A DNA stretch of 64,000 bases from Macrostomum hystrix (GCA_950097015.1 CATNEN010000031.1:1984001-2048000); one strand, 5' to 3'; counted from the stretch's first letter, positions 40,461-52,678 are shown. A program made the numbers and translations. The notes: generated by a model from the sequence alone, not told the origin.

Positions 40461-40499
40461 AAACTAGCGGCTTCCCTTGTCCTCGGACTGACTGAGAAA

Positions 40500-40748
40500 G
40501 GGGGTGAGTTGGCAGAGCGGTCTAACGCGTCTGCCTCTCGCACCAAGGTCCCTGAGCTCGATTCCGCGACGAGGCCACATTCATTTAGGGCGCAGAGGCG
40601 CAGAGAAGGCTTGTGGGATTGTCATTTCATTTACGTCCTTGCGTGCTAATCTCAAGGCACAGTGAGGGTGTACACTGCCTGACGATGAGAAAGTCAGTGA
40701 AGATGTACAAGCTGTGTACGATATCTGTGTACAGGATCTGTGTACAGT
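40500..40748 (+). mobile_element. tRNA-derived SINE, copy 4 (3'-truncated, abuts copy 5)
   Basis: A-box TGGCAGAGCGG, B-box, body; ends in about 2.5 copies of the 13-bp unit. Confidence 0.88.
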
Positions 40749-41190
40749 GGGGCTCGGTGGTAGAGCGGCTAAAGCGTTTGCCTCTCGCACCACGAGGCCA
40801 CATTTATTTGGGGCGCAGCCGCGGAGAGAAGGCTTGGGGGCTTGTCGTGCAATTTGCGCCCTTGAGAGCAACCTCGAAGGCCCTGTGAGAGTGTACACTG
40901 CCTGACGATGAGAAAGTCAGGGCAGATGTACACACCTGTGTGAGCGTGTGCCTGTGTACGGTATCTGTTTACAGTATCTGTGTACGGTATCTGTGTACAG
41001 TATCTGTGTACAGTATCTGTGTACAGTATCTGTGTACAGTATCTGTGTACAGTATCTGTGTACAGTATCTGTGTACAGTATCTGTGTACAGTATCTGTGT
41101 ACAGTATCTGTGTACAGTATCTGTGTACAGTATCTGTGTACAGTATCTGTGCATGCGCAATGGACAGAGTTCCCTCTCGCTGGCTGCGGG
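40749..41190 (+). mobile_element. tRNA-derived SINE, copy 5 (B-box deleted), containing an internal 13-bp minisatellite at 40965-41150
   Basis: Family body interrupted by (GTACAGTATCTGT) x about 14. Confidence 0.88.
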
Positions 41191-41539
41191 CATCTGTTCG
41201 ATTTCAGTAGGTGTAGCGGCCCACACCCAGTCCATGGACTGAACAGGTGACTGTGTACAATGCCTTGGTGTGCGGCTGTGCCACTGGCTGCACATCTGGA
41301 CCAACTGGTTCCGTCCCAACTTCTATCCATCTTATCAACTTATCTGTCTTCAAAGATATGTCCGACTAACAAAACTTTTAGAAGATCCTAATTGTGCTGG
41401 AAGACCTCGGGAAAGTAATTTGATTTGTTTCTACAAACAGACTTTTGTGACAATGGCTTTTATCTCCTGTCTAATAAATGTCCAGTCCAGTCCACAATTC
41501 TCTTTCGTGCTGTGGTCTCTCATTGGTTTAGAAGCAGCT

Positions 41540-41571
<32 letters not shown>

Positions 41572-42134
41572 CGTCAAAACTAATCAAGAGGGAAAGGACA
41601 GACAGGGGAATAGCATGAATGAAAATCTTTGCCAGCGTCCCGACTAGAAATTCAGCCTAATTTGCCAGGCCGGTGAGAATAGGATTACGGCGTACACTAA
41701 ATACATTTACAAGCGTTACTTGCCGCAGTTTTACAATTGCTAATTACCTGGCAAAAATCTTAGTTAAAAAACTTGGCCAAATTTGCGATGAAACAGAGTA
41801 GGAGTTCTTTTAGTTTGATATCGGAGAAGATTTTCCTCGTGTAATCTAATTATTAATTAACACATTTGGTTAGCGGCTGGCTGGAATTTCCTGAAATACT
41901 AGACAAGGAAGCGGGAGAGATACCAACTCGAGTAATCAGATAGCAACATCCTGGCAATCGGACCCCACTCCATTTCCGTTGCTGGCTTTGATGCTTATTA
42001 AAGCTGATGGCCCGTCCGTATCGACTCTCAGCCCCCCTGACCAACATGGCAACCGAAAGTATTATCCAAAAACTGACGGGATCTAGATGCTTGTCTTGGA
42101 AAGCTGGGAAGATTTAAAAAAAAATAAACTGCCA

Positions 42135-42910
42135 AGGGAGACAAGGGAGATGATGGGAGTGGGAGAAAATGAACAAGGGAAGATGAGAGGAGTGGGAGAG
42201 AGGAGACAGGGGAAGATGAGGGAATGGAAGTGAAGAGACAAGGGGAGATGAGGGAATGGGAGAGAGGAGACAAGGGGAGATGAGGGAATCGGAGAGAGGA
42301 GACAAGGGGAGATGAGGGAATGGGAGAGAGGAGACAAGGGGAGATGAGGGAATCGGAGAGAGGAGACAAGGGGAGATGAGGGAATGGGAGAGAGGAGACT
42401 AGGGGAGATGAGGGAATGGGAGAGAGGAGACTAGGGGAGATGAGGGAATGGGAGTGAGGAGACAAGGGGAGATGAGGGAATGGTAGAGAGGAGACTAGGG
42501 GAGATGAGGGAATGGGAGAGAGGAGACTAGGGGAGATGAGGGAATGGGAGTGAGGAGACAAGGGGAGATGAGGGAATGGTAGAGAGGAGACTAGGGGAGA
42601 TGAGGGAATGGGAGAGAGGAGACAAGGGGAGATGAGGGGGTGGGAGAGAGGAGACAAGGGGAGATGAGGGAGGAGACAAGGGGAGATGAGGGGGTGGGAG
42701 AGAGGAGACAAGGGGAGATGAGGGAGGAGACAAGGGGAGATGAGGGAATGGGAGAGAGGGTACAAGGGGAGATGAGGGGTGGGAGAGAGGAGACAAGGGG
42801 AGATGAGGGAATGGGAGAGAGGGTACAAGGGGAGATGAGGGGTGGGAGAGAGGAGACAGGGGAGATGAGGGAATAGGAGAGAGGAGACAAGGGGAGATAA
42901 GGGAGTGGGA
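42135..42910. repeat. 32-bp purine-rich minisatellite (GAGGGAATGGGAGAGAGGAGACAAGGGGAGAT)
   Basis: Direct reading; contains a unit related to the 16-bp family. Confidence 0.94.
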
Positions 42911-43377
42911 GAAAAGAGTGAATAGAAACCAAAAGAGATAATATGGATCCAGAAAATGTAGAGCATGGGAATTTGAGCTAAGCTGAACAGTTTAATATCA
43001 AGCAGCAACAGCAGCAGCAGTAGCAGCTGTTCAGCACTCATGCAAACGAGCTGCAGCAGCAGCAGCAGCAGTGGTAGCAATTACTATAATTTGTGGCTGT
43101 TCGAAAATGCGAGAGCAGCACAATAGGCTGGTGCTGCAATGCTGAAAACTAAAAAGTTAAATGAGACGGAGAGAGAAGCAGCAGCAGCAACAGGGAACGC
43201 AAAGTTTTTTCACTATCATCATCAAATTATAGCCCCTCTTCAATCCCCTGGAAACAGCTGGAAGCAGAAAACGCACTCACGATCCCCATATTCCCCATAT
43301 CTGCCTGCTGGGTTGAGTGTGCAAAATGCAAATTGTAGACTTGTGCCAACTGTATTGCAACCGGAAAGAGTCTATAT

Positions 43378-44380
43378 GAGACTGTGAGAGTCTGTGAGAG
43401 TCTGTGAGAGTCTGTGAGAATCCTTGAGAGACTGTAAGAGTATTTGAGAGACTGGGAGAGTCTGTGCGAGACTGTGAGAGACTGAGAGTCTATGAGAGAC
43501 TGTGAGAGTCTTTGAGAGACTGTGAGAGTCTATGAGAGACTGTGAGAGTCTTTGAGAGACTGTGAGAGTCTATGAGAGACTGTGAGAGTCTTTGAGAGAC
43601 TGTGAGAGTCTATGAGAGACTGTGAGAGTCTTTGAGAGACTGTGAGAGTCTATGAGAGACTGTGAGAGTCTTTGAGAGACTGTGAGAGTCTATGAGAGAC
43701 TGTGAGAGTCTTTGAGAGACTGTGAGAGTCTATGAGAGACTGTGAGAGTCTTTGAGAGACTGTGAGAGTCTTTGAGAGACTGTGAGAGTCTTTGAGACTC
43801 TGTGAGAGTCTATGAGAGACTGTGAGAGTCTATGAGAGACTGTGAGAGTCTTTGAGAGACTGTGAGAGTCTATGAGAGACTGTGAGAGTCTTTGAGAGAC
43901 TGTGAGAGTCTTTGAGAGACTGTGAGAGTCTTTGAGAGACTGTGAGAGTCTATGAGAGACTGTGAGAGTCTTTGAGACTCTGTGAGAGTCTATGAGAGAC
44001 TGTGAGAGTCTATGAGAGACTGTGAGAGTCTTTGAGAGACTGTGAGAGTCTATGAGAGACTGTGAGAGTCTTTGAGAGACTGTGAGAGTCTATGAGAGAC
44101 TGTGAGAGTCTTTGAGACTCTTTGAGAGTCTTTGAGAGACTGTGAGAGTCTATGAGAGACTGTGAGAGTCTAAAAGAGACTGTGAGAGTCTAAAAGAGAC
44201 TGTGAGAGTCTAAAAGAGACTGTGAGAGTCTATGAGAGACTGTGAGAGTCTAAAAGAGACTGTAAGAGTCTAAAAGAGACTGTGAGAGTCTTTGAGAGAC
44301 TGTGAGAGTCTAAAAGAGACTGTGAGAGTCTTTGAGAGACTGTGAGAGTCTAAAAGAGACTGTGAGAGTCTAAAAGAGAA
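43378..44380. repeat. 20-bp minisatellite (TGTGAGAGTCTWTGAGAGAC), 10-bp subunits
   Basis: Direct reading. Confidence 0.97.
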
Positions 44381-44914
44381 AGACACACAGAGACACACAG
44401 ACACACTAGGGACACACATCTAGGGACACACAGAGACTTTGAGAAAGGCAGACAGACAAAGCTTTCGGTGACGGAGATCCAGTTTAACACAGCCGGGGGG
44501 ACACAGGTTCACTTGCATATGAAAGGCCTGCTCATGCCTAATGCTAGTACTATTAACATCAACTGCAGTACCTCCTCCGCTAGCTTCAGTCGCTTTGCCT
44601 GGGATTTGCCGGCTTAATCCTCTGGCTTAACTCGGCTAGCAACTGAGAAACGCAACTTTACTACAATACATTATCTTCATAGCTGGCGCCTGTTTCAGCA
44701 TGGCTTCAAAGAATCCCTTGTTTTATCTTGCGAGGATACACACTACTAGGAAAGCGACTCAAGTGCTTGATCTTGGAGTGTATTTTTAGACAGCTTAAGA
44801 AGTTGATTGTCTTTGTTGATTGATTAATATATAATTCCGCCGAAAAAATTATTTACAAGAAATGTGCGCAAACCAGAGTTGAGACTTACTCTATCACCTT
44901 TGGGACTGGAAAGC

Positions 44915-45179
44915 CGAAAGCTAGGGCTTTGCTTCTCGCGCCAAGGTCCTGAGCTCGATTCTGAGACGAGGCCACATTCATTTAGGGCGCAGCCGCGGAG
45001 AGAAGGCTTGGGGGCTTGTCGTGCAATTTACGCCCTTCAGGGGCCAACCTCCAAGGCAAAGTGTACACTCCCTGACGATGAGAATGTCAGGGCAGATGTA
45101 CACCCCTGTGTGAGGGTGTTTGTGCGTACGGTATCTGTGTGCGCGTGTGCTCAGGAGTCAGCGAAATGGGCAGAATTGA
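44915..45179 (+). mobile_element. tRNA-derived SINE, copy 6 (5' degraded, 3'-truncated)
   Basis: B-box GAGCTCGATTC, family body. Confidence 0.87.
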
Positions 45180-46679
45180 ACCAAATGGTAACAAGTATTC
45201 ATACTTTTTTGTAAGCTATTGAGTAGAACAAATTATTTTCAGTCCATGGACTGGGACACACCCACCCTCAATTGGACACACCCAGCCACCCACCCCAGAT
45301 TATACTGTAACCCATGTAAACAGCTTTGTCAACTGAATCAATGCAGAGTTAAAATACACAAATTGTTCCTGCGGAGTCTTGAATCGAACCCCCGACTTTC
45401 ATGTAATGACGCTAGACATTGAAAATGAGCATAGCAAAATTAATTGAGTCAGAGTAACAGTCCTATCTTTTATGTCCTTTGGCAGCAGGAACTACTAAAG
45501 AAAAACTCTGTAGCAACGCGGGAAACTGTTTACAATAAGCACTTTTATTAACGTCTTTTTATAAGCAAAAAACGAAGTCTTTGTAACAGAACCGAATGTC
45601 AAAATAAAATCTTTGCTGTCAAAAGTGCGGCAAAAATGTTTTGTTTAAATGAATGAACAAGCAGGGCCTATTTTAAAACACGCCCTGCACTGGAATTTCT
45701 GCACACAAAAAGAGGAAAAAAATCATTCGCAAATCTCTTCAATCGTGCTTTAATCCCACCTGCTTTGGCTTCCGTTTTTTCCGCTTTTTCCAAACAAAAA
45801 CGTCCGAGACACACGCACAGAGACAGAATAGAAAAATAATGTGAAACTGAACAGAAAGAAAATATCACCACTATACGCGGGGAAATGAGTTGAACAAGCT
45901 TTTCACATCTGTTTCAGTGACACTTCCTGAGCGCCATGGCATATTGAAGGCGTCGACAACAACGACAGCTAGGGAGGCCGGGAGTAGGTTTGGAGACTTT
46001 ATTTGGCCTGCCCAACGCATTTAATTAATAATATGGCGATAGGGAGGGTATAGTGAGGTCACCAGACTTACTGTCAAGACGGGATACTTTCCGAGACACT
46101 GGCCAGAAGCAAGCAAGGCCATCAATAAACTATGCCATCCACTATGCTGAAAGGTTCCGACTAAGAGATGACTAAAGAAGATTTCACTTCTCAAGCCTAA
46201 CATATAGGCCAAACATAGAAAGTTAAACTTCATTAACGAGAGAGAGACGACCGTCAAGTTTCTGATTTTTAGATTTTCTCGTTCAATCTTAATTTGATGA
46301 ATTGCTAGATAGAAGATCCATATACGAGCTATGAAAATGCATTGTAGAAAATTCTATGAACTCAGCGTCTATCTGAGAAATGATAATTAACAAGATCGGC
46401 ACAGTTGGATTCTTGGAAAAAATCCCATTTCCTCGCCGTGTCGCTATCTGCTGATTGTTCATTTCCCGCAGCCAGCAGTTAAAGGTACTATTTTTTCTTC
46501 TTTAATTTCCTGTCCGTTTCTATGCGGCCCAATTCGAGAAAGGATGGAGAACTCAGGGAAAGTGAGCCTGTGAGTAGAAGGAAAAAATAAGACGGAACTC
46601 GCGAACTGAGCAGTGTAGTGGCACAACTTGCTCGAATGCTTTCCACTACTCCGTGTGAATGTCATTTTATGTTATAATG

Positions 46680-47050
46680 CCGTTTTCTGTCAAAACGAAT
46701 TTCTACGATTTTCTGCGGAAGGAATGCCGATTTTCTGCGGAATTTAAGATGATTTTCTGCGGAATGAAACACGATTTTCTGCGAAATGAAAGACGATTTT
46801 CGGCAGAATGAAACACGATTGTCTGCGGAATGAAACACGATTTTCTGCGGAATGAAACACGATTTTCTGCGGAATGAAACACGATTTTCTGCGGAATGAA
46901 ACACGATTGTCTGCGGAATGAAACACGATTTTCTGCGCAATGAAACACGATTTTCTGCGAAATGAAAGACGATTTTCCGTGAAATGAGACATTATTTTCT
47001 GCGGAATTGAAAACGATATTCTGCGGAATGGAAGATGACTTTCTGCGAAA
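46680..47050. repeat. 22-bp minisatellite (TTTTCTGCGGAATGAAACACGA)
   Basis: 22-aa periodic pseudo-ORFs. Confidence 0.94.
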
Positions 47051-47905
47051 CAATTTTGCGTTAATGAAAGTAATATTTTTCAGTTTTTACAGTAATAAGC
47101 TTAAGTGATACCCAAGAAAACAGAACAATAATGCCTTAAACTATTAAAAATGGTTTAGAAATATTCTATGAATTCGCTGCCTTCAACGGAATCTCTAATT
47201 GTGTAATGAGCACTCGGTGTCTGCTCAACCTTCTCAAGCGATCTAAGCCAGCATAAATTGGCTTTATTCCAAGTCGTTGAGCATACTAAAGCTTTAACCC
47301 CAGCAACAGAGCGGACAACAGACGCAGCGAATCGAAGACAGATTAGTACCGCATGAGCTGATATAAAAGCACATAGTCAATGCAGCCAGTGCATCGATTT
47401 TGTTAAAACTCTCCGGCTAACACAGAAAAACACAACTTTGTCTTCCATTTACAATTTAATCCGCCCTACCCAGCGATTTGGGATCGTCTTTTTTCTGGGC
47501 ACGGTCGACTGGAAAATGGGAAGAGAAAAGAGCCTGCATGAGGAGTCTTTGTCCGTGGCAGCCGCCGCCTTCAAGTCTCCCAAGTGCCTCCTTTGAAAGC
47601 TAATTATTTAAGGGCCCATTCGGTAAGGCCTGGAGCCGCTATGCAGAGCTGTGTGGGATTCCTATCATGCGGAGTTTTCCAGTGCGGTGCCATCACGGAT
47701 ACAAGATGGAAAGGCTGGAACAGGTTCCCAGAGCCCAGATGCTATGACGTAATAGCAACAAAAACAGGCTTTGTGTAGCCACTCACTGGGTTCTAGAAAT
47801 TCTCACCAAAAGAATTTGGTGACCGGGCAATGAAAGGGGAGCCAAGTGGTGAGAATTCCAATCTGCTTCCGTGTCAGAGAGGGCTCTCGGATTTTTGAGG
47901 TCCAA

Positions 47906-48304
47906 TAATAATAAAAAACAAATAAATAAATAATAATAATAATTTAATAACTGCAAGAGGGCTGCGGGCAATGGCACATCACTTGGTCACACTAGACCCG
48001 CAGCCAGCGAGAAGGCAATTCTGCCCATTTCGCTGACTCCTGAGCACACACGCACACAGATACCGTACGCAGGCATACACTCACACAGGTGTGTACATCT
48101 GCCCTGACTTTCTCATCGTCAGGCAGTGTACACTCTCACTGTGCCTTGGAGGTTGGCCCCTGAAGGGCGTAAATTGCACGATAAGCCCCCAAAGCCTTCT
48201 CTCCGAGGCTGCGCCCCAAATGAATGTGGCCTCGTCGCGGAATCGAGCTCAGGGACCTTGATGCGAGAGGCAAACGCGTTAGACCGCTCTGCCACTGACC
48301 CTCC
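47906..48304 (-). mobile_element. tRNA-derived SINE, copy 7 (full length, possible 8-bp TSD AGGTCCAA at 47898 and 48311)
   Basis: A-box, B-box, (ATT)n tail, flanking 8-bp direct repeat. Confidence 0.92.
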
Positions 48305-48703
48305 TGTTTCAGGTCCAAACTGGGTTGGGAAGTTTTTCATAGAATCACTGCTTTCTAAGAAAGAAGATTCTGACCTAAAAGATGGCCTCTGCAGCACTTG
48401 AAATTTAATTTTGAACAGAATTTTGCGGCAAAAATAACCCACAGCATTTGATATAGCTCGCATTTATCATCTCTTTGTAAAAGAAGCAATCGCAAATGTT
48501 ACTATTTCACATGGTATCAAGCTGCTTCTTTGTATATACAAAATCACAAAAGAGTATATTTCAAAGTCTTTTGCTCTAGCATTAGAATACTGCAGTTAGG
48601 CAAAGACTTAGGAGACTTTATGGGATTTAGAGGGGAACTTATCCCATCAGCGTGCTGCCAGAGCCCCTCTTTGATCCTTCGAGTACCCGCGCTAAATAAG
48701 TGA

Positions 48704-48802
48704 TTAATCCCAAGTCCCACTTTTTCTTGCTGGAAAATTCTCCCTTTTCATTTCGCATGCAGACGCAAAGATCAAAGCGCCGGGATCCCTGAGTTGGGAC
48801 CG
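48704..48802 (-). CDS. Gene E candidate terminal exon 5 (RSQLRDPGALIFASACEMKRENFPARKSGTWD*)
   Basis: Long polypyrimidine tract ending ...tccgtccaag; phase 0 open to TAA. Confidence 0.5.
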   Translation of the reverse strand, partial: RSQLRDPGALIFASACEMKRENFPARKSGTWD

Positions 48803-48856
48803 CTTGGACGGAGCAAGGAAAGGAACAAGAAATAAGAATTATAGCCAAGTACTCAC

Positions 48857-48985
48857 CCTGGGCAACTGCCTAAGTTCACTGTCAGTGAGGCTGAAGTCTT
48901 CCGCCGCCGACGCTGCTGCTGCCACAGTCGAAATGGCTGCTGAAGACTCAATGGAGAACAGGTGACAGCCGGTGAGAAAAGCTTT
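48857..48985 (-). CDS. Gene E exon 4 (KAFLTGCHLFSIESSAAISTVAAAASAAEDFSLTDSELRQLPR)
   Basis: atttttcag/gtgagt; 129 nt, phase 0-0. Confidence 0.8.
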
Positions 48986-49113
48986 CTGAAAAATTGAATT
49001 AAAGATAATTCTCATTAAATGTCAAATAACATTTTCGCACAATCCGTTTTTTTATTAAGAAACATGCGATTTAGTTAGTCGTAATGTTTACAATAGGACA
49101 TTTGCGACTTCAC

Positions 49114-49452
49114 CTCATCAGCTGCTTCGTCTTCAGAGTCACCGACTGCGGCATCGTCGAATCGTCCTGCCGAAGCCAATCGATGTGAGAAGTGGCCTCC
49201 TTTGCCGCCTCCTCCAACTATCTCGCCATTGATGTTCGCCGACTCGCCGTCTCCGTGGACGCCAAACCTGCCGCCGTAGCAACCGTTTCCGTTGCCCGGC
49301 TGCAGCGACTTTTGCCCGCTACGCGACTTGCTTTTAGCATAGCAGACAGCTAGCGTGAGTGTGGTGACTACCAGACCGCATATTATGCCAACAAGTACAG
49401 GCGTGAGATAGGACTTCGCATCTTCCGGCTCCGGTTGCGAGAAAGTCTGTCG
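49114..49452 (-). CDS. Gene E exon 3: transmembrane helix + Gly-rich cytoplasmic tail
   Basis: RQTFSQPEPEDAKSYLTPVLVGIICGLVVTTLTLAVCYAKSKSRSGQKSLQPGNG...DSEDEAADE; basic cluster after the TM; 339 nt, phase 0-0; frame not in the ORF track. Confidence 0.82.
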
Positions 49453-49522
49453 CTAGAATATTAAGACGATGCTGGTTTTCAACAATTACTCTAGTCATTT
49501 TTATTAGCTGACAAGAACTTAC

Positions 49523-49657
49523 TGCAAAGATAAACAGCGTGCTGCCAATCTTTGTGTAATTGATATATTTGCCCTTAGATGAGACTGCTCCATTTTGAAA
49601 CTTGAAGTCCACTTCCAGATGAGTCTTGTTTGGTGCAAAAATTATGTTTACTTGCTT
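49523..49657 (-). CDS. Gene E exon 2 (KQVNIIFAPNKTHLEVDFKFQNGAVSSKGKYINYTKIGSTLFIFA)
   Basis: ctctttgtag/gtaagt; 135 nt, phase 0-0; N-glycosylation sequons NKT and NYT. Confidence 0.8.
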
Positions 49658-49802
49658 CTACAAAGAGTATTGTTTCACATATAAACCTCTTGATTATATT
49701 CTGAAGCACTTAGACCAGAGTAAAAGCAGGTCCAACTTAATATACTTGCAGGTATATAATAAAACGTCATTGAGCAAAATGAGCAGCAATTATGAGACTT
49801 AC

Positions 49803-50045
49803 CTTTCCAAAAACCAAAACTTTTATAAATTTAGGCAGAAAGGTAGATGGAAACGATCCATTTGCCTTCTGATGCAGCAAAGGATGCGAAAAACAGAGAC
49901 TGTAGCTCTTCTCACTCGAAATTGTTGCAGCCTCATTTAAGTGGTCCAAAAATGGGTTATCGAATGTATACAACGTATCGAACGAGCTTACGATCTGACC
50001 TGCAAACAAAAAGTAAAAGCTAACGATAGCTAATATGAGGTTCAT
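49803..50045 (-). CDS. Gene E exon 1: signal peptide + ectodomain start
   Basis: MNLILAIVSFYFLFAGQIVSSFDTLYTFDNPF...VFGK; donor gtaagt, phase 0. Confidence 0.75.
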
Positions 50046-51473
50046 AATACATGTTGACCTATTTATGACGATAGACCTGAAACGAAACAGGGTAAAATTG
50101 CTCTGTTTCCGAAGCGGTGTGCACGGTATTTAAATTTGTAAATTTAAAGATTTCACAAGAGAAGTTTCAATGGAGTATTTATTTAAATGGATCTGCCTGT
50201 TTAGAAATGAAGCAAACTATAGAATATGTAATAATTAAGTCTTGTTTCTTGGCACGGAATTAGCCGACACGAGCATTCATTTGATTGACTTTGTAAACAA
50301 AAACATCGCACTGAAACAACTTATTATTATTATAAGAAAAAGTTTTTTCTTGTTCGTGAGAAGGATTAGTGCACTGGTAAGGTAGGTTATAAGGTAAATG
50401 ATAAATAATAATAAACTGTGATAAAAAAGTTATAAATCTGGATTCAAATGTTATATAACGTTACAGTGCTAGTTACGTTTTATGTTTTTTGCAAAAATTG
50501 GTGTTTTCTATAAGAAGTATAAACACGTATATGCGAAGTTGTTTATTACATGCCAATTTATAGCTGTTTTTAACTTACAACCCAATATCAGTTGGTAAAA
50601 ATAATGATTTTTATTAAACTGTATAAAGTATGGTTACTTTATATTTTTTTTCAAAGATATTCGGCTTGGACAGAATACTACCCCAATGTCTTAACATATT
50701 AATACAGAATCGTTTTTTTCAATGTCTTTTTAATTTATTTCACATTGCTTTCAACTAAGGATAATGATTAAGTTTTAAATATAATGGGATTTGTTTTTTT
50801 AAATTGGTATTAAGGACATAGTGGATCAAAGAAATTTAGCCACATTGCAGTTTGTAAGTCACGTTTTTGGCAAATGAATATTCCAATGATAGCTATTTTT
50901 ATTAGTCGCTAAGGTGATATAAAGGAGTTAACTACTATAGTGAATATAACTTAGCATATAATTTTTTGTATTACAGCTAAAATTTATGTTTGCTTTCTAT
51001 TTAATTATATGTGATTTTTTATAACTTCTGTTTAATTTATTAGGTTATATATATACACTGTAAATAAATAAATATATATATATAGGGGGCCTATATATAT
51101 ATATGTATGTGTGTGTTCACACTTCATATATATACAAATATAGACATATATATATATACTTAAATACATATAGTTATGTAGTACTATAATATAAAGCACC
51201 TTAAACTGCCTTTACATTGCCTTGACATTGAAGCAAGTAAATAAAAAATTCTAGCAATGAATTCAAGTTCATTCTACATAATTTATATATGAGATAGACA
51301 GAGTGGAAGAGGGGGCAGAAAAGGGGGAGGGGCTAGAAAGAGACAATAATAGATTGTGAGAGATATTACAGCATGCATGTATTAGAAATTCTTGAAGCTG
51401 AAATTGTCAAATCCTAATATAGTTTTTTACTATAAACTGGCTAATAAACTTTTTAACTACTTTTCAGGTCATC
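50046..51473. promoter_or_regulatory. AT-rich divergent intergenic region, putative bidirectional promoter of genes E and C
   Basis: Lies between opposed start codons; very AT-rich with TA runs; no specific element verified. Confidence 0.45.
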
Positions 51474-51635
51474 ATGGGATGTCATCTAATAACATTAATT
51501 TGTGCTTTCACAATCATAGCTTTTGGAAATGCATCAAGCTTGTCATCGCTTGAAGCATTTGATGAAAGTACTTTTGATGCTCCGCTGGTCCAAAAATCAT
51601 GGCCTTTCATATTGAATATCCAGAGCCCTTATAAG
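51474..51635 (+). CDS. Gene C exon 1: signal peptide + ectodomain start
   Basis: MGCHLITLICAFTIIAFGNASSLSSLEAFDESTFDAPLVQKSWPFILNIQSPYK; donor AAG/gtattg, phase 0. Confidence 0.8.
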
Positions 51636-51723
51636 GTATTGGATTATCTCATTGTTCAATTATACAGATATATATTAATTTATGTGCCTAAAAACAACAA
51701 TAATTATTCCAATCCACCCACAG

Positions 51724-51855
51724 ACTGAGGTTGATTTCGCTGAGTCGGCAGACAACTCCACTTATGTTGTGCTGGCAAATTTCTCTAACTTTATTGGCAG
51801 CCGCGGGTCGATACAAATGCGCCTTCTGGGACCCAGCGAACTGGTTGTGTCCATT
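51724..51855 (+). CDS. Gene C exon 2 (TEVDFAESADNSTYVVLANFSNFIGSRGSIQMRLLGPSELVVSI)
   Basis: ccacccacag/gtgagt; 132 nt, phase 0-0; sequons NST and NFS. Confidence 0.83.
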
Positions 51856-51932
51856 GTGAGTACACTGCTGTGTTATCTACTTGTCAATAATAATGAGAAA
51901 TAAGGTTAATTAGATATTCTGCAACTATTCAG

Positions 51933-52128
51933 GCCGAAATGCAGGACGAGCCAGCCGATGCCGAGGGCTTCAACCTGACGGCCAACACCCTGTTTGTCTA
52001 CACTGTTGCCGCTGTTGGTTGCGTCTCCCTGCTCACCTGCGTCATCGCTATTGTCTACCTGTGCGTAGCCAGCGCCCAGGAGCCGGAGTCTGTGCCAGCC
52101 GACACCAGCAGCGTACTGACTGACCCCG
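51933..52128 (+). CDS. Gene C exon 3: transmembrane helix
   Basis: AEMQDEPADAEGFNLTANTLFVYTVAAVGCVSLLTCVIAIVYLCVASAQEPE...; actattcag/gtgagt, phase 0-1. Confidence 0.87.
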
Positions 52129-52225
52129 GTGAGTTTTACCTCCAAATTTGCATTTGCTGTGAAATATTCGTGTGGTTACTTACCACAACTTGATTTGTCA
52201 AACCGTCAGAATTTTTTTCATCGCC

Positions 52226-52678
52226 TTCAGATTAGTAAATGAAGTTCAATGATTATCTTTGCTCTCTGATTGGTCAGTAGTTCAATGATTCTCTTTGTTC
52301 TCTGATTGGTCAGTAGTTCAATGATTATCTTTGTTCTCTGATTGGTCAGTAGTTCCATGATTATGTTTGTTCTCTGATTGGTCAGTAGTTCAATGGTTCT
52401 CTTTGTTCTCTGATTGGTCAGTAGTTCAATGATTCTCTTTGTTCTCTGATTGGTCAGTAGTTCCATGATTATGTTTGTTCTCTGATTGGTAAGTAGTTCA
52501 ATGGTTCTCTTTGTTCTCTGATTGGTCAGTAGTTCAATGGTTCTCTTTGTTCTCTGATTGGTCAGTAGTTCACTGATTATCTTTGTTCTCTGATTGGTCA
52601 GTAGTTCACTGATTATCTTTGTTCTCTGATTGGTCAGTAGTTCAATGATTCCCTTTTTTCTCTGATTGGTCAGGAGTT
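52226..52678. repeat. 36-bp minisatellite (TCTGATTGGTCAGTAGTTCAATGATTCTCTTTGTTC), array 1
   Basis: 12-aa periodic pseudo-ORF. Confidence 0.95.

Noticed and set aside
42028-43080. Leu-rich signal-peptide-like ORF start (MLPLLLLLLQ...)
   Set aside because: It derives from CAG/CTG microsatellites, starts at TTG and runs into a satellite; no splice support.
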